Source: Octopus vulgaris
Lineage: Eukaryota
NCBI GenBank assembly: GCA_951406725.2
Contig: OX597831.1
Span: forward strand, 46,810,001-46,874,000
DNA: 64,000 nucleotides
Direction: 5' to 3'
Below the pieces are notes generated by a model. The model worked only from the letters and a program-made list of their open reading frames with translations, did not search any database and had not been told where the DNA came from. Shown here one piece after another: positions 53,721-64,000 of the stretch (its first letter is position 1; each line of letters opens with the position of its first letter). The position numbers and the translations under genes are program-made.

Positions 53721-54014
53721 TACGAGGAATAGCTACCATTGTGGATTCTTAATATGCTGGAAGAAGACGCCAAATCGTCTTACCACAAAGAATATGTTCT
53801 CAAAAATTTCAGTAAACGTCAGAATATATGCGAGCATGACAAATGAAAAGAGTCAAAATAGAGCAATTAACTCCATACCTTAAGATTTCGCTGTCAATGA
53901 TCCCTAACGTGATCATCCATAGCTCTTCAGTAAAGTCGTTGCTGGACATATAATTTATGTCTTGGCGTCTTCTTCTAGCCTATAAGGAATCCACCTTGGT
54001 GGCCAGCCCTCTTA
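53721..54014. mobile_element. Mariner-type MITE with ~53-bp imperfect TIRs
   Basis: TACGAGGAATAGCTACCATTGTGGATTC...GAAGAAGACGCCAA vs TTGGCGTCTTCTTC...GAATCCACCTTGGTGGCCAGCCCTCTTA. Confidence 0.7.
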
Positions 54015-54234
54015 TTTATTTAGGTAATATAATTCATAGTCTTCGGACATTTTTTAAGTATGCTAGGCCACTGGTTCAAATTCAGCATTTATGAATAAGC
54101 ATATAGATACTTATATACTTACAGAACAGATTTACATAGAGTACGAAGAATTACAGAAAGGAAAGAGGAGCGGGTATAATGTTTCAGGTCCGATAACTGT
54201 TTGGGGGCCGGGGTTGGGTACAGAATTACGTAAT

Positions 54235-54357
54235 ACAGTTATCCCTCGAGTGTTACGTTCCAGCCCCCAACCCGACCGCGATAGGTGAAAATCCACGCAG
54301 TAGAAACAGTGTTGTACTATTTTTATAATTTGTATATATTTATTTTATTATAAATGT
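54235..54357 (-). mobile_element. pogo/Tigger-type MITE fragment (same family as 16007)
   Basis: TACAGTTATCCCTCG...GTTACGTTCC...CGCGATAGGTGAAAATC. Confidence 0.6.
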
Positions 54358-54626
54358 AATGTTGGCAGATGGAGCCTGCAAGAAGCCATATATGTATGTA
54401 AACGTTATGGTAAATCAGAGTAGAACTACAAAATTGCTTCCCAGTTAACTTAATGTTTCAGAAAAGTGACCCATGAAATAAGTAGCAGACCTTTTAAAAC
54501 GAAAAAAATAAGTACTGTTGTCGATTTATTCGACTAATCCCTTCAAAGCGGTGCCCGAGTATGGCCGCAGTTCAATGAGGGAAGCACGTAAAAGATAATA
54601 GATGTAGCCATATCGCGTACACAGGT

Positions 54627-54659
<33 letters not shown>

Positions 54660-55038
54660 CTAACAGTATCGCCCGGCGTTGCTCAGGTTTGTAAGGGAAA
54701 TAACTATAAAGCATTTTTAGAGAGTTATAGCCCAAAAATAGCAAAAAAATGGGAAAAAAATGATGGTAAATTTTTTTGAGAGTTAAAAAAGGTGGAGTTG
54801 CGTCCCCTAGACGGTCTGTGGTTTGGGTTTCTGATTGTCGACCCCATGTCGAATTTATCGATTTTTTTCAGAACTGGGGGAACTTTTCAAAATTTTCGCT
54901 GCGTTAGTTTTGAATTATGACATTGGGCTATGTGTGTGTCAAGTTTCATCAGAATCGGTTGAAAGCCGTGGTCAGAGTGAGGGTACGAGAAAACAGACAC
55001 ACAGAAAACGCACAGACAAACTGCCGTTTATATAGAGA
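54660..55038 (-). mobile_element. Complete non-autonomous Helitron
   Basis: Minus strand 5' TCTCTATATAAACGGCAG; 3' GAGCAACGCCGGGCGATACTG-TTAG (CTAG variant); lies in (AT)n. Confidence 0.72.
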
Positions 55039-55058
55039 TATATATATATATATATATA

Positions 55059-55364
55059 ATCACAATAAGCAACAAGGATATCCGGAGGTAATGCAGTACG
55101 ATCGTTTCATGCGACTCCATTTAATTGAACAATGCAAACATTACATCAATTTAAATGTAGACCATTTTAAATTAATGTAATGTTTGCATTGTTCAATTAA
55201 ATGAGGTCGCATGAAACGATCGTACTGCATTACCTCTGGATATCCTTGTTGCTTATTTTGATCATAATCACCTTATTTTAAATTGTATGCATAATACCAT
55301 ACTAAATTCTGGTGCCTTCAACTTAAGTGCCATATTCATGTGAATCTAAATTTTTACTGAAACT
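55059..55364 (+). mobile_element. ~200-bp palindrome plus ~100-bp tail in (AT)n, carrying a hammerhead 3' half; Penelope-like fold-back
   Basis: Arms 55059-55157 / 55163-55262; GAAA-CGATCG-TA-CTGC at 55213-55228. Confidence 0.7.
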
Positions 55365-55409
55365 ATATATATATACATACATAAATATATATATAACACA
55401 CTCACACAC

Positions 55410-55453
<44 letters not shown>

Positions 55454-57335
55454 AGACCCTACAGTTTGAACGCCCAAAACTATTCAGGACAGTCGCCAAA
55501 GAATTTCTCGAAGTCCAAAGAAGTCAACACGTAAATTGGCGCAGCAAGAGATCATGCCAACTAGTGTTGAAAAGTTTAAAGTTGAAGCAATATCGTTTCA
55601 CATCTGTACAACAATTAAAAGTGGATGACAAGAGCAAGTGAGTAGATTACGACACATGGCCTCTGTTACAAGCGATCGAAATAACACAATGACACAAAAG
55701 AAAGGCTGGCTGCCTTTTCGCGTCTGTTTAGTATGCAACGGAACACGAGCTACTTTCTTGTGCGCTGCTCTACATAAAACCCATAGTTTTTTCTCATCTC
55801 ATTCTTTCTGTTAACGTCTATCGCAATTCTGTTTTTACATCCCAATGATATGGCTGTTGCAGAATATATGTACACAGACATCTCAATGGTTTACGAGAGA
55901 TTTATTTCTAGAAACAAAATAATGTCAATATGATGCATTTAAATACTTAATCTGGTATTTAGTAGACATGCCTTGTGCATAATACATTATCAATTTTGAA
56001 GTATCAGGAGTGTCACTACAAATAAAACGGTATTATGAGGTTCGATTTATTTACTTTTGAGATGTCTGTGTATATGAATATAAGGTAAATTTACGGGGAA
56101 GGGGTTAGTAATCGCATATTTTTAGCCTCGTCGTGAAAAGTAGATACATATTTTTAAAGCTCATACTTTTTTCTCCCTTTGTCAAGAAAATAGAAATCGG
56201 CTTGACTAGTTGCCGTGGGTTCACGACAGTAAGTTTTAGTTTTTATTGTTGCTGGTTCTGTTGGAAGAAGAGGGCCCGTGACCTTTTCAGGCCCACGAAA
56301 CTGTCAATGTTCTGTTTTAACTGTCGTGAATGAATACCTGCTGGGAAGATATGAGGTAGAAGGAGATCCTAAGAACCAATGTCCTAGGGACAGGGACACT
56401 GGGTGTAGCGGTTAGAGCGTGTCTTGAAGTGTCACAACATGGATAGTAAGAGAAGGAAGAGCGTGTCTAAGCCGGCGGAACAGAGGCCATTATAGTTACA
56501 GTAGAAGAGATAGAAAGAGAGGTTAAAGGTGAATGTGTCTATGAGTGTTTTTATGCCAATCAATTCAGCTTATCTTAGTCTCTAGCTTAACGCACCAAAG
56601 CCCCCCTCTTTGTTAATCATAATCATTGCCAACAATTGTATTGTGAAAATTTGAGCTGACTAGTTTGTTTATTTTTTGAGTTTGTGTGTACTATAGATAG
56701 CAGTGAACTACTATGATTAGGAAAATGAGTAACCAATCACTGTTGAAGTGACAAACAAAGCAGCGAAACTAACCAGGTCTATCTCCTTTTTCTAGAAACA
56801 CAGAAAAAGACCTGGTTTAACAACAGAATTTATCTTTTAAGGCGAGGCTAAATATGTACTTATTGAAAGCATAGCCTCGTACCTAAATATAAATGTATGT
56901 TATAATTATGAATATAAGTGTGTGTTTGTGTACATCATATTTGTTTACATTGTATTTTAATTCATTACTTTCCGTTTACCAATACTTGTATGTTTGAGTT
57001 GACATGAATACATTTGCCGTAATGTATTTGAATGTTTATATTATACTTTTAGATTCCTTGGTTTTTGTTCACCAGCATTCTCTTTATATTTCACAGCTAG
57101 CAATATTGTAGAAAATGTTTTTCTTCATACAAATACAAAAGAAATTTGGATTTCTTTTAATAAATAAAATATTTTTTTGCCTTGCCAATTCTAATATATA
57201 TCTAATTCAAAGTTACATTTCCTGGGTTGTTCTGAGTGGTGGGTGTAATATTTCTAATGCAAATAATTGATATATTTGGATATATGCCCGTGTATGTGCA
57301 TACGTATATTTTACACACAAACATCCATTTATATA

Positions 57336-57585
57336 TAAGGTTGGTGCATAATTATTGCGGCTTTTTTCAATAAATTTTATTCAACAAAAACAATAACAAC
57401 ATTTAAGAAAAACATCTTTAAATGATTATTCCGACCGGCTGCCAATCAAATGGGAAACAGTAATTGAAGTAGAAGGTGAATATGCTCCGGAATAATCATT
57501 TAAAGATGTTTTTGTTAAATGTTGTTATTGTTTTTGCTGAATAAAATTTATTAAAAAATGCCGCAATAATTATGCACTAACCTAA
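57336..57585. mobile_element. Mariner-derived MITE with ~100-bp inverted arms
   Basis: TIR TAAGGTTGGTGCATAATTATTGCGG (Hsmar1-like TTAGGTTGGTGCAAAAGTAATTGCGG); spacer encodes the transposase end DRLPIKWETVIEVEGEYAPE*. Confidence 0.85.
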
Positions 57586-58361
57586 TATATATCTACGGAG
57601 TGGAGTGTATACATACATATATGGGAGTGTGTGTGTGTGTGTAGTGTTTACTATGTATTCTTGTTCAATTATCAGTTTTTCTTTATTTATACTATCGAAT
57701 ATTCCTTTATCTACATTATTATTAATGTGTAAACATATTTTGTTTAGATTTTATTCATATTTGTATAGGCTCTTCGTTCTTAATTTAGGAACTTTATTTT
57801 TAGAACAACGTTATCGCAACCATCACATTTCTTTATTGAATTTTATTGCCCAAAGAAAAGTTTGACATTTTTATTTAAGCTTGTGTTTTCTATTTAGGCT
57901 TGTTTACATTCATATTTAATATATTCTTTTATATTCAAACACAGAAAGACCTTCGCTGCTGTAACTATCGCGGAAGAGAAAATTTTCTCATAAACAATGT
58001 GTATGAAAACACAGCAATCGGGACTATGAATGGCGTCACTAGGGAGTAGAACACACGTTCCCGCTTTGTTTCGCCTCATCGGCGAATCCCGCCTATTTTT
58101 TCTTCCGATAGTTTTATCACCAAACCTGCAAATATTTGGAGACATGACCTAAAAATTTCTTTTCCTCCAGAAAATTACTTCCATTTTTTTAAATATCTTC
58201 TTGAAACAGTTTAATAATTAGCTTCTTTCTTCACCAAATTTTCAAAACCTCTCCAAACTAACACATCTTGTCTTTCGATTTCTCGCTTTTTCTTAATCCC
58301 ATAATCTTTCTTTGACTCAAGCCTAAGCACTAGCTTCAGATTCCCCACTATTTTAGTATGG

Positions 58362-58590
58362 TACTCCTTTACTCCTTTACTTGTTTCAGTCATTTGACTG
58401 TGGCCATGATGGAGCACCGCCTTTAGTCGAGCAAATTGACCCCAGGACTTATTCTTTGTAAGCCTAGTACTTATTTTATCGGTCTCTTTTGCCGAACCGT
58501 TAAGTTACAGAGACGTAAACACACCAGCATTGGTTGTCAAGCAGTGTTGGGGGAACAAACACTAGACACACAAACATATACACACACATG

Positions 58591-58650
<60 letters not shown>

Positions 58651-58813
58651 GACGGGCTTCTTTCAGTTTCCGTCTAACCAAATCCACTCACAAGGCTATG
58701 GTCGGCCCGAGGCTATAGTAAAAGACACTTGCCCAAGGTGCCACGTAGTGGGACTGAACCCGGGACCATGTGGTTGGTAAGCAAGCTACTTACCACACAG
58801 CCACTCCTACGCC
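58362..58813 (-). mobile_element. SINE family B, full length
   Basis: Reverse complement of the 34273 copy; GTATGGTA occurs on both sides (possible TSD). Confidence 0.93.
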
Positions 58814-58964
58814 TATAGTAGTGTATGGTAGTGTATCTTCTTGTGTGTATTATGATTCCATTTTCATTATACGAGAAAATCAGAATCAATGCGCATCAGT
58901 TTGCCTGAAGTACCCGGTACAATAGCAGATAATTTTTCCCTCTGTTCAGTGAATTCAAGCTTAC

Positions 58965-59003
58965 TTTCACTTCTTGCTTTGCTTTTCTTCATCTTCTTCT
59001 GTA
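58965..59003 (-). other. Candidate 39-nt host micro-exon (or start of a terminal exon ending at stop 58867)
   Basis: Acceptor CTTGTTTTTCTATTTTATCTTCTTTAG, purine-rich body, donor GTAAGC; one open frame QKKMKKSKARSE. No homology evidence. Confidence 0.25.
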
Positions 59004-59244
59004 CTAAAGAAGATAAAATAGAAAAACAAGGCTTAATTTTTGAAAGAAAACAGAAATCTCACAAATGTTCGCAAAGAATGAACGATACGTCGTGGCTGCG
59101 TGGTAAGAAGCTTGCTTTCTAACCACATGGTTCCGATATGCTAAAAGAAAATAAGTACTGAAGTCGATTTTGCCAACTAAAATTCTTCAAGGCAGTATTC
59201 CGGCATCACTGCTGACTAATGACTGCAGCATACATACATACATG

Positions 59245-59533
59245 TGGAAGCGCAATGGCCCAGTGGTTAGCGTAGAATCGCTGTTTCGATTCCCAGACTG
59301 GGCGTTGTGAGTGTTTATTGGGCGAAAACTCATAAAAGCCACGAGGCTCCGGTAGATGGTGGTGGCGATCCCTACTGTACTCTTTCGCCACAACCTTCTC
59401 TCACACTTTCGTCTGTTGGCCTGCTCGCGTAGCCAGCGGGTGGCGTCATTTGAAGGCTAAAACAATGCGATGCGCATTGTGACCAGCGATGTGTAGCAAC
59501 ATCTGATAGCCTGGTCGGTCACGGTGACGGTGA
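59245..59533 (+). mobile_element. SINE family C (tail type 2)
   Basis: GCAATGGCCCAGTGGTTAG head; tail GCGCATTGTGACCAGCGATGTGTAGCAACATCTGATAGCCTGGTCGGTCACGGTGA. Confidence 0.88.
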
Positions 59534-59569
59534 CATACATACATACATACATACATACATACATACATT

Positions 59570-59938
59570 TGTTGGCACTCCATCGGTTACGATGACGAGT
59601 GTTCCGGTTGATCCGATCAACGGAGCACCCTGCTCGTGAAATTAACGTGCAAGTGGCTGAGTACTCCACAGACACGTGTACCCTTAACGTAGTTCTCGGG
59701 AATATTCAGCGTGACACAGAGAGTGACAAGGCTGGCCCCTTTGAAATACAGGTACAATAGAAACAGGAAGAAAGAGTGAGAGAAAGTTGTGGTGAAAGAG
59801 TACAGCAGGGTTCACCACCACCCCCTGCCGAAGGCTCGTGGAGCTTTAGGTGTTTTCGCTCAATAAACACTCACAACGCCCGGTCTGGGAATCGAAACCG
59901 CGAGTCCGCTGCCCTAACCACTGGGCCAATGCGCCTCC
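59570..59938 (-). mobile_element. SINE family C (tail type 1)
   Basis: Reverse complement of the 50675 copy; tail-to-tail with the 59245 copy. Confidence 0.9.
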
Positions 59939-60494
59939 ACACATACATACATACGTACAGCCAGACAGACAGACAGACAGACAAACATACATACCTACGT
60001 ACAGAGAGACAGACAGACAGACAGACAAACAAACATACATACGTACAGAGAGACATATGTATTCTAATCTAGGTCATTACTTGTTTATTGAAAATTACTT
60101 TGCTACATCACTAGTCTTATACATTATGTATCTTCAGCATAGGATCTACTATAACTGACAAATATAAATGAAAATCACTTTCAAATATCTAAAGAGATAA
60201 GAGAGAAGGAGAGAAAATTGCCTAGAAACCAGACCTGCGCTCAACTCCAAATAAATCCACTCGAGTAATTATATAAAGCTTAATACGTCTTTGAGTTTTA
60301 CGTCTCTCTTCTTCAAGTACTACTTCAAGACAGTGATTACTTCATTTGAGAGGAAAATACCAGCTCTCAGATATTTCAATATCATTCTCCATAAACAACC
60401 ACTCTTTCCCCATAGCCACGGGCTGTGACGTGTAATAACAACTACAACAGTAGCAGCAACAACAACAATTACACCAGTAAAAATAATTATAGTA

Positions 60495-60703
60495 ATGGTT
60501 TCAAATTTTTCCACAAGGACAGCAGTTTTGGGGGGAGGGGATGAGTCGATTACATCGACCCCAGTGTCCAACTGGTACTTATTTTATCAACCCCAAAAGG
60601 ATGAAAAGCAAAGTAGACCACGGCGGAATTCGAACTCAGAGCATAAAAATATGCTGTTAGGCATTTTGCCCGGCGTGCTAAGGACTCTGCCAGCTCACCG
60701 CCT
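60495..60703 (-). mobile_element. SINE family A
   Basis: Reverse complement of the family A consensus. Confidence 0.87.
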
Positions 60704-60714
60704 TGATAAAAATG

Positions 60715-60796
<82 letters not shown>

Positions 60797-60899
60797 GGTT
60801 TTCTTTATTAACCACTAAAGGTTCACAAAAAGTAGTATTGGGGACAGTATGGGACAATGCAATGTGGGGTTATATAAAAGGCGTGTAAAAAGTCAAAAA

Positions 60900-61310
60900 A
60901 CAGCAGCGATTTAAATTATAACAATAAATAATTTCCTAAAAGAGCAGACATCCTAGAGCAACTCATAGAGATCCCACAAAACCATAGACGCCCTGGTCAC
61001 TAAGGGAAAGTGCCCACTTGACATCGTCTTCCTTCAACCTACAGGCGAATGCTTAGAGCAGGCCCGTTCACTTGGACCTTCTTGCAGCACTCACCCAACT
61101 TTTAATAAAATTGCTGGGAGGCAACACTTCCCTCTCTACCCTCACTTTCCTTTTCAGGCGAAACTTGAAAAAGGTGATGAGGTCTTGGCCAAACAAGATA
61201 GTATCTGTCTTTAACCCTTTCAATCTTGTCCACCACACGGCTTCTTTTGCTGAAGCTATCAGATCACGAAACACTGCCTGCCTTTCTCGGCCAAAGAAAG
61301 GCGGCCGGAC
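60900..61310 (-). mobile_element. Tx1/L1-like LINE 3' end
   Basis: ORF 61068..61316 AKEAVWWTRLKG...FFKFRLKRKVRVEREVL, homologous to 12859..13296. Confidence 0.7.
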
Positions 61311-61705
61311 GACCACTACGATGACGATGATATTGAACGATATATGCTGAGTTCAAATTCCAGCAAGGTCAACTTTGCCTTTCATCCTTGCGGGGTCGAT
61401 GAAATAAGTACCAGTTATGCACCAGGGAAAAATTTCAAGACCTTGAGCCTAGAGAAGAAATGATATTAATCAACAAATGCTTCTGTTTATATATATAGCG
61501 GAATTTTCCATGTGTTGTATGTCTTGTACTCTGTTTAAAAAAAATGTCCGTTTCCTTGGTTTTGTTTTTATGTTTCCGTTTCTCATTGTGTTCGACGTTA
61601 TTTTTTGGGTCCTGTACCCATATATGCATGTATATATATATATATATATAGATATAGGTACGTACATATATGTATATATATGTTTTATTTATTATTTTGT
61701 TGTTT

Positions 61706-61749
<44 letters not shown>

Positions 61750-61878
61750 TTGAGCAAGTATGTATGCATGATGTGTGCGTGTTTGCTCTTTTCACATTCC
61801 TGCAATTTCTCTCTCTGTAACTCAGATTACACACACACACACACGTTACTGTTTGTTATCGAAGTAGATTTTTGCTTT

Positions 61879-62031
61879 AGCTGTATGGTAAGAAACTTGC
61901 ATCCCATTCACTTGGGTCCGGGTTCAGTCCCACTTCGTGGCACCTTGGACAGGTGTTTTCTGCTATAGCCTCTGGCCGACCAAAGCCTTGTGAGTAGATT
62001 TGGTTGACGGAAACTAAAAGAAGTCCATCGT
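61879..62031 (+). mobile_element. SINE family B, 5' half
   Basis: GGGTTCAGTCCCACTTCGTGGCACCTTGGACAGGTG...CCAAAGCCTTGTGAG. Confidence 0.85.
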
Positions 62032-62352
62032 GTATATAAATGTGTGTGTGTGTGCGCGCGCGCGTGTGTGTGTGTGTGTGCGTGTTCCTTGAGTCAGCCC
62101 ACGAACTCTCCGGGATGCATCATCGATGACGTTATTGTAGCCCTAGTGCGTATCGATCTTTCAACGCCTGATCACCGGGCCTGATTGACCCTGCCAGGAT
62201 TGGTGGATTGATTAAATCCCAGCTTGCACTTAGTAGAACATTTATCTACCCTCTTTGTCCAAACCCGTCTAGATATATTTTGCTATTTTAGGTAGAATAT
62301 TTCAGAAGTTAATGTCTGTATGCATATAATAGATCATATAGAAATAGCTGGG

Positions 62353-62640
62353 GGAGGTGCAATGGCCCAGTGGTTAGGGCAGCGGACTCGCGGTCGGAGG
62401 ACTGCGGTTTCGATTCCCAGACCGGGCGCTGTGAGTGTTTATTGAGCGAAAACACCTAAAGCTCCACGATGCTCCGGCAGGGGGTGGTGGCGACACCTGT
62501 TGTACTCTTTTGCTCCAACTTTCTCTCACTCTTTCTTCCTGTTTCTTGAGTAACGCTGCAATGGACTGGCGTCTCGTCCGCCATAGAAACCGGGAAACCG
62601 GGCCCATGAGCCTGGCTAGGCATGAAAAGGGCGCATAAAT
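62353..62640 (+). mobile_element. SINE family C (tail type 3)
   Basis: A box TGGCCCAGTGG, B box GGTTTCGATTCC; tail AGAAACCGGGAAACCGGGCCCATGAGCC. Confidence 0.92.
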
Positions 62641-63010
62641 AAAAATAAAAAATAGAAATAACAGTTTATTGATGACACAGATACAACTTTCTTTTTCGGA
62701 AATTATCACTAACGAATATTAATATATAAATATAAACATTTAAAGCATGTACATGATAGGGAGTGAGAGTGTGTGTATTTATATATATCGGTGTATGTGC
62801 GTGCATATCTATGCATTGTCTAAATGTATCCATATGTATGTTATGATACATTCGAATACATAGCACGAAATTTTGTCAGAGAACAGGTTGCGGTTTCAAA
62901 GCGACGAAAATATATTGACACAAACTGAATTTAAATGTTGAAGTGAATCTAACTGGGTTTTTTTTTCTGTTTTACTTAAATGGCTTATAAATACCTTCCA
63001 CGCTGCAATG

Positions 63011-63101
<91 letters not shown>

Positions 63102-63145
63102 AAACATGGTACAAGACTTCAAGGCTCAAAAGCCCTGAAGGCTCT

Positions 63146-63165
63146 GAACTTTTCAAACAACCCTC

Positions 63166-63168
<3 letters not shown>
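63146..63168 (-). mobile_element. Solo mariner-type TIR
   Basis: Minus strand TACGAGGGTTGTTTGAAAAGTTC. Confidence 0.45.
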
Positions 63169-63225
<57 letters not shown>

Positions 63226-63353
63226 CATATATATATATGTATGTATGTATGTATATATACATGTATACATATATATGTATGTGTGTGTGTGTTATATGAT
63301 GTATCGAAGGCGGCTATACTCAAAATAAAACCAAAAAGGAATATAAATATATA

Positions 63354-63421
<68 letters not shown>

Positions 63422-63477
63422 TATTATTATTATTATTTATCATATCTGTAGGTGTAAGTGTGTGGGTGTATATATCT

Positions 63478-63623
<146 letters not shown>

Positions 63624-64000
63624 GCATATATTATATATGTGCACCAAAGTAGAAGGCATCACACGTATGTATGAAAATGAACAACTATACATACATACAC
63701 ACATTTACATGTAGGAATGTATACATATATTTATGCATGCATGCAAACATACACATACATACAGACATACACACATATATTTATACACACACAGACTCCC
63801 AAAGAAACACAGATATATATATGGGCGTATATGTCCTTATGTATCAAAGTACATATGTTTGTATATAAATGTGTGCGCGTATGTATGTATGTATATACTT
63901 GAGCAAATTGTGTTTGAGCAATTTCGTGCTTGGATTTATTACTTGTTGACGAGTATGAGTAATAAATTCAAGTAGTATGAATGTAAAAGGTGAAACGCAG

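Noticed and set aside
56117-56880. Element bounded by TTTAGCCTCG/CGAGGCTAAA inverted motifs
   Set aside because: Match is short and interrupted and boundaries are unclear; may be Helentron-like but cannot be supported.
60235-60425. Minus-strand PWLWGKSGC (GPCR-loop-like) frame, and a frame with a single TGA (Sec/editing idea)
   Set aside because: Short, no other supporting exons, no SECIS seen; compatible with chance.
62353-62430. tRNA-Arg gene
   Set aside because: No proper acceptor stem; it is the head of a multi-copy SINE.

Overview
AT-rich, extremely repeat-dense animal DNA, most likely from an Octopus species; this is inferred from the three tRNA-derived SINE families and the (AT)n/(TACA)n/(AAT)n/(GATA)n load. 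No intact host gene is recognisable, and almost every ORF in the supplied track is a microsatellite artefact. The window is a mosaic of SINEs (about 35 copies in at least 4 families) and decayed LINE fragments (RTE, R4/Dong-like, Tx1/L1-like). It also holds a full-length decayed mariner, a pogo relic, mariner/pogo/piggyBac-type MITEs, non-autonomous Helitrons and a Crypton-like hairpin element. The most notable signal is a recurrent class of non-coding elements inserted in (AT)n tracts that carry minimal type-I hammerhead ribozyme motifs with a palindromic stem III. Several have an 'inverted copy + direct copy + unpaired tail' fold-back layout typical of Penelope-like pseudo-LTRs. The best example is a very young 3.35-kb element (37891-41237) with two near-identical 1.2-kb inverted arms, each containing a near-canonical hammerhead. 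A twister-ribozyme-like motif sits at about 44700 at the head of a probable RTE 5' UTR. All calls are by eye; coordinates are approximate to a few bp and no database search was run.
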